The position numbers and the translations under genes are program-made. Shown in pieces: positions 36,222-46,190 of a stretch of 64,000 nucleotides of DNA. The stretch lies in the NCBI GenBank assembly GCA_021817145.1, contig JAKAVV010000003.1:78764-142763 (forward strand). Reading direction: 5' to 3'. The stretch is from a bacterium (GTDB taxonomy: Bacteria > Vulcanimicrobiota > JABDET01). The number at the start of each line of letters is the position of its first letter. Within the stretch, counting starts at the first letter, position 1. The notes beneath the pieces are model-generated. The model was not told the DNA's origin. It saw only the letters and a list, made by a program, of their open reading frames with translations, and ran no database searches.

Positions 36222-38426
36222 ATGATTCCTACGATTGACGAATTTTTAGAAGAAATAAAAAGAGATCATGAAGCCGAAGATTTCGCTGTTATTCGAAAAG
36301 CGTATGATTATGCTTTTAAGGCTCATGAAGGACAAAAACGGAGATCCGGAGAGCCTTTTATTATCCATCCAATTGAAACCGCAAAAATCGTGTCTTCTCT
36401 CGAACTTGATACCCCCACTGTCTGCGCTGCTCTTTTACATGATGTGGTGGAAGACTGCAGTATTCCCATACGTGAAATAGAAAAAGAGTTTGGGGCTGAG
36501 GTGGCTTTAATTGTTGATGGGGTTACCAAGCTCACCTCTATTACTCTCAGGCAGGAAGACAGCAAGCCGGATGCGCGGTTAGCAAAAGAAGAAGAACATT
36601 TCGAAAATTTGCGGCGGATCTTTGTCGCCATGGCAAAAGATATTCGGGTTATTTTAGTGAAGCTGGCGGATCGGCTTCATAATTTGAGAACATTGTGCAA
36701 TTTGTCTCCTGACAGGCAAAAATTCATTGCGAAAGAGACTCTGGAAATTTTCACTCCTCTTGCCCACAGGCTTGGAATCTGGCAAATTAAAGCTGAGTTG
36801 GAAGATCTGGCTTTCAGTTATCTTGAGCCAGAACAGTATCAGGAACTTTTTAAACAGGTTTCCCAAAGAAGAGCGGAACGTGAAAAAGATATTCAAACCG
36901 TTGTTATGACTTTAAACAAACGATTAGAACACTCAGGAATAGAGGCTCATATTGAAGGAAGACCAAAACATCTTTACAGTATCTGGCAGAAAATGGTGAG
37001 AAAAGGGAAAAGCTTTGGAGATATCCATGATTTAACAGCGGTTCGGGTTTTAGTGAACAATGTGGAAGATTGTTATGCCGTCTTAGGAATTGTGCATGGA
37101 CTCTGGCTGCCGATCCATGATCGGATAAAAGATTATATCGCCAAACCTAAGAGCAATAATTATCAGTCCCTTCATACAACGGTTTATGGACCAGGAGGAG
37201 AACCTCTTGAAATTCAGATTCGAACCTGGGAGATGCACCGTGTGGCAGAATACGGCGTTGCTGCTCATTGGCAGTATAAACATATTGCAAAAGATAAAAA
37301 TTTAGAGAAAATGATAGCTCCCTGGACCAAGTATTTAAAAGAGTGGCAGGAAGAAGTTAAAAGCGCAAGAGAGTATGTGAAAGCTTTTAAAATGGACTTT
37401 TTGGAATCACAGGTCTTTGTGTTTACTCCAAAAGGGGATGTGTTTGATCTGCCTTCTGGCTCAACCCCTCTTGATTTTGCTTACAGAATCCATACAGGGG
37501 TTGGAAATCAGTGTATTGGAGCAAAAGTGAATGGAAGAATGGTTCAGATTGACCATCACTTGCAAAACGGGGATATTGTAGAGATCATGACGAGCAAGAC
37601 CTCTCCAGGTCCAAATTGGGATTGGCTGAAAATTTGCAAAACTTCAAGCGCTAAGCATAAAATTCGTATATGGTTGAAAAAAGAGAAAAGAGAAGAAAAC
37701 ATACTCCGTGGAAAAGAAATGTTAGATAAATTTCTAATGAAGTTTAGACAAGAAGATTTACCATCAGGGAAAACAAAAGATGAGTTTATACAGCAGCTGG
37801 CAGAGATGTCTAATTTTACAAAAATAGAAGATTTTTTGGAAGCGTTGGGATATGGCGAAATCAACCTTCCTTCTCTGTCCGCGAAAATTAAAGAGTGCGC
37901 TGGCATTTTAGATAAGCCTGTTCCCGCTCGGAAAGGAAAATCGAAATCCTCTGCTTCGAATCAAGCCGTTCTAGTAAAAGGGATGGATAATCTACTGATT
38001 CGATTTTCGAAATGCTGCAGTCCTCTTCCAGGGGATCCAATTTTTGGTTATGTAACCATTGGAAAAGGGGTGAGCATCCACCAGAAATCTTGCCCCAATA
38101 TGAAAGTTTTGCAAAAAGCGGTTCCTGATAGAATTTTAGAGGTTGCCTGGAACCCTGAATTTTCAAGTGGGGTTTATGAATCTGAGATTGTGGTTGAAGC
38201 CTGGGATAAACCGGGGCTGTTAGGTGAAGTCATGGATAAAGTTTATGCGGAAAATATCTTGACTAAAACGTGCCAGGCATCGGCCAAACAGGATCAAGCC
38301 ACTATTCGATTGGTTCTTGAAATTCAAAATGTCGGCAAACTGCAGCAGCTAATAAAGATTCTTTCACAGATTAAAGAAGTGATCCAAATTCGGAGAGTCA
38401 CTCATATTGAAAAAATAGAGGGTTGA
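36222..38426 (+). CDS. rel: Bifunctional (p)ppGpp synthetase/hydrolase, RelA/SpoT (Rel) family
   Basis: HD hydrolase domain (HPIETAKIV..LLHDVVED). Synthetase domain (YQSLHTTV, RTWEMH). TGS and ACT C-terminal regions. 734 aa. Confidence 0.85.
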   Translation: MIPTIDEFLEEIKRDHEAEDFAVIRKAYDYAFKAHEGQKRRSGEPFIIHPIETAKIVSSLELDTPTVCAALLHDVVEDCSIPIREIEKEFGAEVALIVDGVTKLTSITLRQEDSKPDARLAKEEEHFENLRRIFVAMAKDIRVILVKLADRLHNLRTLCNLSPDRQKFIAKETLEIFTPLAHRLGIWQIKAELEDLAFSYLEPEQYQELFKQVSQRRAEREKDIQTVVMTLNKRLEHSGIEAHIEGRPKHLYSIWQKMVRKGKSFGDIHDLTAVRVLVNNVEDCYAVLGIVHGLWLPIHDRIKDYIAKPKSNNYQSLHTTVYGPGGEPLEIQIRTWEMHRVAEYGVAAHWQYKHIAKDKNLEKMIAPWTKYLKEWQEEVKSAREYVKAFKMDFLESQVFVFTPKGDVFDLPSGSTPLDFAYRIHTGVGNQCIGAKVNGRMVQIDHHLQNGDIVEIMTSKTSPGPNWDWLKICKTSSAKHKIRIWLKKEKREENILRGKEMLDKFLMKFRQEDLPSGKTKDEFIQQLAEMSNFTKIEDFLEALGYGEINLPSLSAKIKECAGILDKPVPARKGKSKSSASNQAVLVKGMDNLLIRFSKCCSPLPGDPIFGYVTIGKGVSIHQKSCPNMKVLQKAVPDRILEVAWNPEFSSGVYESEIVVEAWDKPGLLGEVMDKVYAENILTKTCQASAKQDQATIRLVLEIQNVGKLQQLIKILSQIKEVIQIRRVTHIEKIEG

Positions 38427-38427
38427 T

Positions 38428-39537
38428 ATGCCGAAATACACAAAATGGGTTCTTTTTTTTATGGCTGTTTTTCTTTTATTTGTCGCGATCAATATTCAGA
38501 CAGGCTGGCTCTTTGTTCTGGATTTTACGCTGCTCTCTTTTTTGTTTACAGCATGGATTTTCCCGAAAATAATGACTTATGGAGAGATTAGAGGGGAAAT
38601 CTATGCTCAGCCTGTTTTTGAAGAAGAAAATTTGGATATCATGGCTCGATTTAAGAACCTTTCTTTTTTCAATAAATATTTTTTATTTATCGAATTTGAG
38701 TTTTTTAAAATTTCTCTTTTTCTTCCCTCTCTTCCCAAAAAGAAAACCGTTGAATTATCCTGCAAGGCAAAAGCGGCAAAAAGAGGGGTTTACTCTTCAC
38801 CTGAGCTGACATTAAAGGCAGTAGGGCCTGCCGGGCTTTTTGAACACAAAAAAAAGCTCTCATGTAAAGGAAGGATTGTTGTCTATCCGTCTTTAAACCC
38901 ATTTCCTCTTCCTGCGCAGTCTTCTTCTCCTGTTCCTCTGCTTTCTGATAAGGGAGTTTTTTCAGGAAAAGGGGATGGGGAAGAATTTGCCGGAATTCGC
39001 GATTATACGCCAGGAGACTCTTTAAGAAGTGTTCACTGGCCGTCATCGGCAAAAACGGGAAAATTAATGATTCGCGAAACAATGAAGATTCACCCTTTCC
39101 TTTATACCTTGTATTTAGATCAAAACCAGCGCAGGACAGGATATTCTTTTGAAATAAGTGTAAAACAGGCAGCTTATGCCATTCATGAAATCTCGAAAAC
39201 GGGAAATTGGGTTCAGATTTTCCAAAAAGGGAAGACAGAATTGAAAAGTTTGCAGGGGAATCTGGAGCTTCTGGCTGGAATCCAGGCAGATCAAGCTTTT
39301 CCTTTAAATGAGCAGATAAAACTTTACCTGCCTTTTATACAAGTAAAAAAAGATCTTATTTTTTTTACAGATGTTCCCGAACGATTTATTTCAGAATCCT
39401 GGGTTTTTATCGAGGAACTTTTAGAAATGGAGATTAGAATAATGGTTGTGTTCAGCGGTGAGAATAGAACCGAAGCATCTCGACTCTTATCTTCATGGCT
39501 CCAGCTAAAAGGGATTTTTACCGCTTTTGGAGCATAA
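38428..39537 (+). CDS. DUF58-family protein (vWA-like; usually partnered with MoxR ATPase / transglutaminase)
   Basis: DYTPGDSLRSVHWPSSAKTGKLMIRE is the DUF58 signature (RxYxxGD..I.W..SAR....RE). N-terminal TM segments. Confidence 0.65.
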   Translation: MPKYTKWVLFFMAVFLLFVAINIQTGWLFVLDFTLLSFLFTAWIFPKIMTYGEIRGEIYAQPVFEEENLDIMARFKNLSFFNKYFLFIEFEFFKISLFLPSLPKKKTVELSCKAKAAKRGVYSSPELTLKAVGPAGLFEHKKKLSCKGRIVVYPSLNPFPLPAQSSSPVPLLSDKGVFSGKGDGEEFAGIRDYTPGDSLRSVHWPSSAKTGKLMIRETMKIHPFLYTLYLDQNQRRTGYSFEISVKQAAYAIHEISKTGNWVQIFQKGKTELKSLQGNLELLAGIQADQAFPLNEQIKLYLPFIQVKKDLIFFTDVPERFISESWVFIEELLEMEIRIMVVFSGENRTEASRLLSSWLQLKGIFTAFGA

Positions 39538-39540
39538 ACC

Positions 39541-41883
39541 ATGAGAACTCCTGAAAATTCAATTCCCCTTCGAATATCTGTCTTTTTTGTTGTTTCAATC
39601 TCTTTAGCCGCTCTTCTCCGTGAAGAGTACTGGCCCTTGAGATTAAGTATTGAGGCTTTTCTAGGAGTGGCTGCAGGTTCACTGCTGAGTTGGCTTTTTC
39701 GATACAAACAAACTTTCTGGTTAAGAGCGATTTTAGGAATTTCCATGTTATGGGTAGGATTCCATGGGATTTATCAAATCGTTTCCACCCCCTACGATCC
39801 TCGTGTTCCACTCGCCAATCTTTTGATTAAACTTTTAGCGCTCCACAGTTTTGATATGCCGGCTCGAAAAGATTTGTCTTATTCTCTCCTTGTTTCATTT
39901 ATTTTAATGGCTCTTGCCGCTGTTTTCAGCGTGGATTCAAGTTTTGGGCTGTTTTTAATTTTTTATACTGTAATGGTTATCTTTGTGTCTTTTATCATTT
40001 CTTATGAAGAATCTCGGACCCGCGCGCAGAATCCCTCATTGACCTCCTTTCCAAAATTTTTTTGGCTTTTCACGGGAGCAGCAGTATTGTTTTTAATTCC
40101 ATTAACAGCGGCAAGTCTGTTCCTTTTCCTTTTTTTCCCAAGAATTCAAGGATATACTTTAAGAATTACTCCAATTTCTGTTCATCTGCCAAGTTTTTCA
40201 TTATTTCATGGAAGAGTTGCTAATCCCGATTATCCAGTATTTCCAGGTCCTCAAACCTCTCTTTTTATTTTAAAAAGGGATTATGGAAAATTTAATCCTG
40301 ATTCTTATTTTGGATTTAATCCGTATTTGGATTTAAGATTGAGAGGAAGGTTATCCAATCAAGTGGTGATGAAAGTTAAATCTCAGGAACCGGGTTACTG
40401 GAGAGGAATGGCTTATGACCATTACACTGGAGAAGGATGGACAGTTTCGTTTCGGAAAGCGAAACAGTTGACTTTGTATGATAATTCACTGCAGGTCACT
40501 TATCCAGGAGGAGGGTATCCTCACTCAAGAACAGCCATTCAAACCTATTATGTGACAGCTGCTCTGCCTAATTTAATTTTTTCGATTTATGAGCCAACTA
40601 CGATTTATTTTCCCAGCTCAACTCTTTATCAGAATGTTGGAAATGCGATTTCAGCCCCATTTTATCTTTCACCAGGAACAGAGTACACGGTTATAAGCCA
40701 CGTTCCAACCCATCTGGTTCAATTGTTAAGAAATTCAAATCCAGGTTATCTTCCTTATTTGCGATACCTCCATCTTCACAAGACTTATTTGAGTCTTTCG
40801 AAAGCTGATTTTCCACATACTCCGCAGCAAATCGGTGAGTCTTTTTATCAGAACGAAAAAAACTTATATTCCAGAAAAGGAGTTGTTCTTTATTATGGAG
40901 GAGCCCCAGCCAGATTTTACGCCATGGCGGTAAAAATGTCAAAACTTCCTAGTTTCGTTTATTTGAAATATTACCATCTTCAAAAATACGATTTGCAGCT
41001 TCCCAAAGAGCTTCCGCAAAAAGTCAGAAACCTGGCTGCAGCAATTACGGAAAATCACAAAACCATGCTCGGAAAAATTATGGCGATTCTGGGTTACCTG
41101 CATCAGTTTCCCTATACTCTTAATATTCCACCCCCAGCCCCTGGGGAAGATGCCGTGTCTCAATTTCTATTTCATTTGAAAAAAGGGTACTGTGAACAGT
41201 TTGCTTCCGCATTTGCTGTTTTAGCCCGATGCGTAGGGATTCCGACCAGATTGGCGACCGGGTATGCCACAGGAACCTATAATCCATTTACCATGGAATA
41301 CGTTGTGCGAGAGAAAGATGCTCATGCTTGGGATGAAGTCTATTTTCCTCATATTGGATGGATTCCATTTGACTCTTCTCCTGCCTACAACATGATGCCA
41401 TCTTATCAAAAAAGAGGGATTTTTATTGGACTCCGCACGGTTTTAAATTATTTTAAATCTCTTATTAAAAGATCAGTTTCCAGGAAAACCTTGCAAAGGG
41501 GGGAGCAGTGGCTGGAATTGGCTGCTGCTGTTTTATTGGCAGGGATAATCTTGTTTTTATTTTTCTTTATCCAAAAACTGAATCTTCATTTTCAGTGGAA
41601 AGGATTTCGAAAGTTTTCTAAAAAGTCTGCTGCTGTTTCAAAAAAAAGGTTTTTTAATCTCTATCAAAAGTTAGAGAAATTTTTAACAATGAAGGGATAT
41701 CACAGAAGCATTTCTGAAACTCCGTATGAACTGGCGGAAAAAATTAAAGAAAATGACCTAAAAGCAAGGGTCTGGGATATCCTCCGTATTTACTCGAAAG
41801 TTAGATTTTCTTCAGATCCTGTGGAAGAGGAAGAGATCCGGAAAATGAATGACCTTTTGGGTGAACTGCGACAAAAAAAGTAA
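39541..41883 (+). CDS. Transglutaminase-like (Cys-His-Asp) membrane protein, DUF3488/DUF4129-type
   Basis: GYCEQFASAFAVLARCVGIPTRLATGY (catalytic Cys), then DAHAWDEVYF (His) and GWIPFD (Asp). Multi-TM N-terminus and a second TM near the C-terminus. Confidence 0.75.
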   Translation: MRTPENSIPLRISVFFVVSISLAALLREEYWPLRLSIEAFLGVAAGSLLSWLFRYKQTFWLRAILGISMLWVGFHGIYQIVSTPYDPRVPLANLLIKLLALHSFDMPARKDLSYSLLVSFILMALAAVFSVDSSFGLFLIFYTVMVIFVSFIISYEESRTRAQNPSLTSFPKFFWLFTGAAVLFLIPLTAASLFLFLFFPRIQGYTLRITPISVHLPSFSLFHGRVANPDYPVFPGPQTSLFILKRDYGKFNPDSYFGFNPYLDLRLRGRLSNQVVMKVKSQEPGYWRGMAYDHYTGEGWTVSFRKAKQLTLYDNSLQVTYPGGGYPHSRTAIQTYYVTAALPNLIFSIYEPTTIYFPSSTLYQNVGNAISAPFYLSPGTEYTVISHVPTHLVQLLRNSNPGYLPYLRYLHLHKTYLSLSKADFPHTPQQIGESFYQNEKNLYSRKGVVLYYGGAPARFYAMAVKMSKLPSFVYLKYYHLQKYDLQLPKELPQKVRNLAAAITENHKTMLGKIMAILGYLHQFPYTLNIPPPAPGEDAVSQFLFHLKKGYCEQFASAFAVLARCVGIPTRLATGYATGTYNPFTMEYVVREKDAHAWDEVYFPHIGWIPFDSSPAYNMMPSYQKRGIFIGLRTVLNYFKSLIKRSVSRKTLQRGEQWLELAAAVLLAGIILFLFFFIQKLNLHFQWKGFRKFSKKSAAVSKKRFFNLYQKLEKFLTMKGYHRSISETPYELAEKIKENDLKARVWDILRIYSKVRFSSDPVEEEEIRKMNDLLGELRQKK

Positions 41884-41931
41884 GAGTTCTAGGAAAGGAT
41901 TCTTTTTGCAATCGTCGAACGAGAGAGTTGC

Positions 41932-43086
41932 ATGTTGCTAACAAAACAGCAGAAGCGCTGGCAGGATCTCGCAAGGCAGTTTGCCCAAACAGAAGTTAAG
42001 CCCAGGGTAGATGAAATGGAGAAAAAAGGAGAATTTCCTCTCCAGTTTATGAAAAGGCTGGGAGAGTTAGGGATCCTGGGAATTGGGTTTCCCGAACAAT
42101 ATGGGGGACAGAATGCGGATTCGTTTTCTTTCATATTGGCGGTCAAAGAGATCAGCAAAGTGTGGGCTTCTCTAGGGCTTTCCATTGGAGCGCATTTGCT
42201 TGGCGCCAATCCTATCTATTTTGCTGGGACTGAAGAACAGAAAAAACGATATTTAATTCCACTGGTTCGCGGGGAAAGTTTAGGCGCTTTTGGATTAACA
42301 GAACCTTCCAGCGGTTCAGATGCGGGAAGTTCTCAAACCAGCGCAGTCAGTGAGAATGGAGTTTATGCTTTAAATGGCAGGAAAATTTTTACCACCTCAG
42401 CTTCTTATGCCAGCACTTATGTTGTGTCCGCCTTAACCATAAGAGCCAGGGAAAAAGTAGGAATATCCGCTTTTATTCTGGAGAGGAATTATCCCGGTTT
42501 AGCGATTGCGAAAAAAGAAGAAAAACTTGGGCTGTGGGCTTCAGATACCGCGGGCTTGATTTTGGAAGGCTGCAGAGTTCCAAAAGAGAATCTTTTAGGG
42601 GATGAAGGAAAGGGATTCCGAGTGTTTCTTCAAACCTTAAATGCAGGACGTCTTGGAATCGCAGGATGGGCTCTTGGGATTGCTGAAGCAGCTTTTGAAC
42701 AGATGCTGGAATGGGCTGAGAAAAACGAGATTAAAAAAGATTTAATGAACAACCATGAATGGGAAGCTGGAATGATTGCTGAATCTGCGACAAAGTTAGA
42801 AGCCGCTCTATTGTTAACCCAGGAAGCTTGTCGGGTTAAAGACACAGGGGAACTTTATATAAAAGAAGCTTCCATGGCAAAATATTTCGTTTCTTCTCTA
42901 GCGGTTGAAACGTGCGATTTAGCTTTAAAATTGATTGGCGCCTCTGCTTTAACCAATGACTTGCCTGTTGAGCGTTATTTTAGAGACGCTAAATTAGGAG
43001 AGATTGGCGAGGGAACTTCTGAGATTCAAAAATTAGTCATTGCCCGAGAAGTGCTTCGAAAATCTGAAAAGCTGGTAACAGTGTGA
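41932..43086 (+). CDS. Acyl-CoA dehydrogenase (short/medium-chain type)
   Basis: GLTEPSSGSDAGS motif, C-terminal ..YEGTSEIQ.. motif and catalytic Glu region. 384 aa. Confidence 0.8.
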   Translation: MLLTKQQKRWQDLARQFAQTEVKPRVDEMEKKGEFPLQFMKRLGELGILGIGFPEQYGGQNADSFSFILAVKEISKVWASLGLSIGAHLLGANPIYFAGTEEQKKRYLIPLVRGESLGAFGLTEPSSGSDAGSSQTSAVSENGVYALNGRKIFTTSASYASTYVVSALTIRAREKVGISAFILERNYPGLAIAKKEEKLGLWASDTAGLILEGCRVPKENLLGDEGKGFRVFLQTLNAGRLGIAGWALGIAEAAFEQMLEWAEKNEIKKDLMNNHEWEAGMIAESATKLEAALLLTQEACRVKDTGELYIKEASMAKYFVSSLAVETCDLALKLIGASALTNDLPVERYFRDAKLGEIGEGTSEIQKLVIAREVLRKSEKLVTV

Positions 43087-43102
43087 GGAGGGATAAACTT
43101 AC

Positions 43103-44266
43103 ATGTTAGTAAAAGGACTTGGGATCAGTTTTGATTTATCTGAAGATCATCTGATGATCCAGGATATGATTCGGAAGTTTGCTGAAAAAGAGGTTGCCCC
43201 AGGAGCAGCTGAGAGAGATCGCTCCATGGAGTTTCCGCGAGAAATCTGCATGAAATTGGGAGAACTTGGATTAATGGGAGTTAACACTCCTGTTGAATAT
43301 GGCGGTTCAGGAATGGATTCTATCAGTTATGCGATTATCATTGAAGAACTTTCAAGAGCTTGCGCTTCCACAGGGGTAGTTTCTGCTGTTCAAAACACGC
43401 TGGCTCAGCTTCCGCTGTACCGTTTTGGAAGCGAAGATTTAAGACGTAAATATCTTCCCGATTTAGCCTCAGGAAAGAAAATTGGGGCGTACGGTTTAAC
43501 TGAACCTTCCAGCGGTTCAGATGCAGGGAGCCTTCAAACGTCTGCCGTGAAAAATGGGGACAGCTATCTATTAAACGGACAAAAAGTTTTTGTGACCAAT
43601 GGCACAGCAGCTGATTTATATATTGTTTATGCGACTGTCGATAAAAGCAAAGGAAGCAGAGGAATCTCTGCTTATGTGGTAGAACGAACTTTCCCTGGAT
43701 TCAAAATTGTTCGGAAAGAAGAAATGCTCGGAGTTCGAGCTTCAGGAACAGCCCAAATCGCTTTTGAGAACTGCAAAGTTCCTGCCTCTAATTTGATCGG
43801 TGAGGAAGGGATTGGACTTCGAATCGCGTTAACCACCCTTGATTCAGGAAGGGTGAGTATTGCCGCTCAGGCAGTTGGAATAGCGCAAGCTGCTTATGAA
43901 GCCGCTTTAAAGTATTCAAAAGAGAGATCTCAGTTTGGAAAAACGATTTCAAATTTTCAGTTTATTCAAGGCATGTTGGTAGATATGATAACCTCTATTG
44001 AAGCAGCGCGCCTGTTGGTTTATCGAGCTTCTTATTTGAAAGATAAAGGACTAACTTTTACAAAAGAAGCTTCCATGGCGAAATATTTCGCTTCTACCAT
44101 GTCTGAAAAAGTTACCAGTCATGCTCTTCAAATTCACGGCGGATACGGTTATACAAAAGATTATCCTGTGGAGCGTTTCTACAGGGATGCTAGAGTGACT
44201 GAGATTTATGAAGGCACATCTGAGGTTCAGAAAATGGTGATCGCCAGAAATATATTAGGAGGTTAG
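43103..44266 (+). CDS. Acyl-CoA dehydrogenase (butyryl-CoA dehydrogenase-like), tandem paralog
   Basis: YGLTEPSSGSDAGSLQTSA and ..IYEGTSEVQ... 387 aa. Confidence 0.8.
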   Translation: MLVKGLGISFDLSEDHLMIQDMIRKFAEKEVAPGAAERDRSMEFPREICMKLGELGLMGVNTPVEYGGSGMDSISYAIIIEELSRACASTGVVSAVQNTLAQLPLYRFGSEDLRRKYLPDLASGKKIGAYGLTEPSSGSDAGSLQTSAVKNGDSYLLNGQKVFVTNGTAADLYIVYATVDKSKGSRGISAYVVERTFPGFKIVRKEEMLGVRASGTAQIAFENCKVPASNLIGEEGIGLRIALTTLDSGRVSIAAQAVGIAQAAYEAALKYSKERSQFGKTISNFQFIQGMLVDMITSIEAARLLVYRASYLKDKGLTFTKEASMAKYFASTMSEKVTSHALQIHGGYGYTKDYPVERFYRDARVTEIYEGTSEVQKMVIARNILGG

Positions 44267-44267
44267 G

Positions 44268-44459
44268 ATGATCCCCATACTCTATCTCATTTTTGGCGCT
44301 GCCGGGCTTTTGCTTGCTTTTTTCAAGGTCAGCGGAGGTTATTATGTTTTATGGGCTTTTTCCCTGCTCCTTTTAAATTTATGGATAACTGAAGGGGAAA
44401 AAATTAAGAGGAGGGTATTTAAAATTGAAGATAGCGGTTCTAGTAAAACAGGTTCCTGA
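44268..44459 (+). CDS. Putative small two-helix membrane protein (63 aa)
   Basis: The ATG follows a strong GGAGG RBS 2 nt after the ACAD stop. The product is hydrophobic (LYLIFGAAGLLLAFF.., VLWAFSLLLLNLW). Its 3' end overlaps the etfB start by 35 nt. Expression is unproven. Confidence 0.3.
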   Translation: MIPILYLIFGAAGLLLAFFKVSGGYYVLWAFSLLLLNLWITEGEKIKRRVFKIEDSGSSKTGS

Positions 44460-45204
44460 TACCGCCGCTCAAATTCAGATTAAGCCTGACTGGTCTGGAA
44501 TTGTGGAAGAAGGGATTAAATATATTCTAAGTCCTTATGATGAATATGCGGTAGAAGAAGCGGTAAGATTAAAAGAGAAATTTGAAGGATCTGAAGTTAC
44601 TGCTGTGACTGTTGGTCCTGAAAGAGCAAAAGAAGTGCTGAGAACTTGTCTGGCAGTTGGAGTTGATCGCGCCGTTTTAATTCATGATCAGGAGAACTCT
44701 TTTGATCCTTATTCAACAGCAGAACTTCTAGCTAAAAAGCTTGAGTCCTTGAATCTCGATCTGGTGTTGTGCGGGAAACAGGCTGCTGATGATGATATGG
44801 CTTATATGGGTGGAGCAGCAGCTCAAAAGTTAAATTTTCCGTTTATATCGCTTGTGGTTCAGATTGAAATTTTGAAAGAAACTGGAAAAGCTAAAATAAG
44901 GAGACAAATTGAGGAAGGAGAGGAAATATTGGAAGTAACTCTTCCCTGTGTTCTTTCTGCTCAGAAAGGATTGAACGAACCCAGATATCCTTCCCTTCCG
45001 GGCATGATGAAAGCAAAGAAAAAAGAGATTGAGGAGATAAAACCAGCGGATTTAATCCCTGATTTTGCGAGTCTTGCTAAAACCAGACAGGAGCGCCTGC
45101 AGCCAGTTCCTCCTCGTTCTGCGGGAAGAATTTTAAAAGGATCTCCTGAAGAAATGGTTAAAGAGCTGGTAAAACTTTTGAGAGATGAGGAAAAAGTAGT
45201 ATGA
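44425..45204 (+). CDS. etfB: Electron-transfer flavoprotein beta subunit
   Basis: (M)KIAVLVKQVPD N-terminal signature. The start codon is TTG, preceded by AAGAGGAGG. Confidence 0.8.
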   Translation: MKIAVLVKQVPDTAAQIQIKPDWSGIVEEGIKYILSPYDEYAVEEAVRLKEKFEGSEVTAVTVGPERAKEVLRTCLAVGVDRAVLIHDQENSFDPYSTAELLAKKLESLNLDLVLCGKQAADDDMAYMGGAAAQKLNFPFISLVVQIEILKETGKAKIRRQIEEGEEILEVTLPCVLSAQKGLNEPRYPSLPGMMKAKKKEIEEIKPADLIPDFASLAKTRQERLQPVPPRSAGRILKGSPEEMVKELVKLLRDEEKVV

Positions 45205-46190
45205 TTTTACTTTTAGCCGAAAAAAAAGAAGGGAAGTTTTTAAGATTAACTCAGGAGCTTTTAAGTGAAGCCAGGCGCATCAATGATTCACTTAAAGAGG
45301 AAATCGCTGTTCTTTTTGTTGGATTTCAGGCAGCCCAGGAAGATGTTGTTCAATTAGGAGAATGGGGAGCGGATAAGATAATCAATCCGGTCCATCCTCT
45401 TTTGGAGAAATATGATTCCGAAAATTATGTTCAATTATTTCATGAGATCGCATCCATGAATTCGATTTCGATTATTCTTTTAGGCTCCACAGTTTATGGG
45501 AAAGAGCTTGCGGGCATGATTTCGGCAAAATTAAAAGGGGGATATGCAGGGGACTGTGTTCGCTTATTCTATGAGAAGGGGAAAATTTCAGCTTTAAGAC
45601 CTGTTTATTCAGGGAAAGTTCATGCGGTTGTTTCAGCAGTCAGCGGTCCTTTCACTGCTAGTTTCAGAGCTAACATGTGTAAAGTCGAGGGTCCGATCCC
45701 TGGGAAAAGAGCAGAGGTTGTTCCGTTCGATTTCCATCCAATCAATAATGGGAAGATCAAGATCCTGGAAGTCGTAAAATCTCAAGATCAACTCGCCGAT
45801 CTTTCTGAGGCGAGAATTATTATTTCAGGTGGAAGAGGGTTAAAAGGTCCAGAAAATTTTCGCCTTTTAGAAGAGCTGGCAAAAGTAACAGGTGGAGCGG
45901 TAGGGGCATCCAGAATGGTCGTGGATTCCGGATGGATTGAGCACCAGCATCAGGTAGGGCAAACAGGAAAAACAGTCAGCCCTGATCTTTATATTGCCTG
46001 TGGAATTTCAGGAGCAATCCAGCATTTAGCCGGCATGTCCAGCGCGAAGTGCATTGTTGCCATTAATAATGATCCTGAAGCTCCTATTTTTAAAATAGCG
46101 ACTTATGGTATTGTGGGAGATTTATTTGTGATCCTTCCCCTCTTAATAAAAGAGATGCGGCAGGTTTTCTCTGGAAAAGCAGTGGTTTAG
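45201..46190 (+). CDS. etfA: Electron-transfer flavoprotein alpha subunit
   Basis: C-terminal FAD-binding motif [23 protein letters not shown] overlap with etfB. Confidence 0.8.
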   Translation: MILLLAEKKEGKFLRLTQELLSEARRINDSLKEEIAVLFVGFQAAQEDVVQLGEWGADKIINPVHPLLEKYDSENYVQLFHEIASMNSISIILLGSTVYGKELAGMISAKLKGGYAGDCVRLFYEKGKISALRPVYSGKVHAVVSAVSGPFTASFRANMCKVEGPIPGKRAEVVPFDFHPINNGKIKILEVVKSQDQLADLSEARIIISGGRGLKGPENFRLLEELAKVTGGAVGASRMVVDSGWIEHQHQVGQTGKTVSPDLYIACGISGAIQHLAGMSSAKCIVAINNDPEAPIFKIATYGIVGDLFVILPLLIKEMRQVFSGKAVV

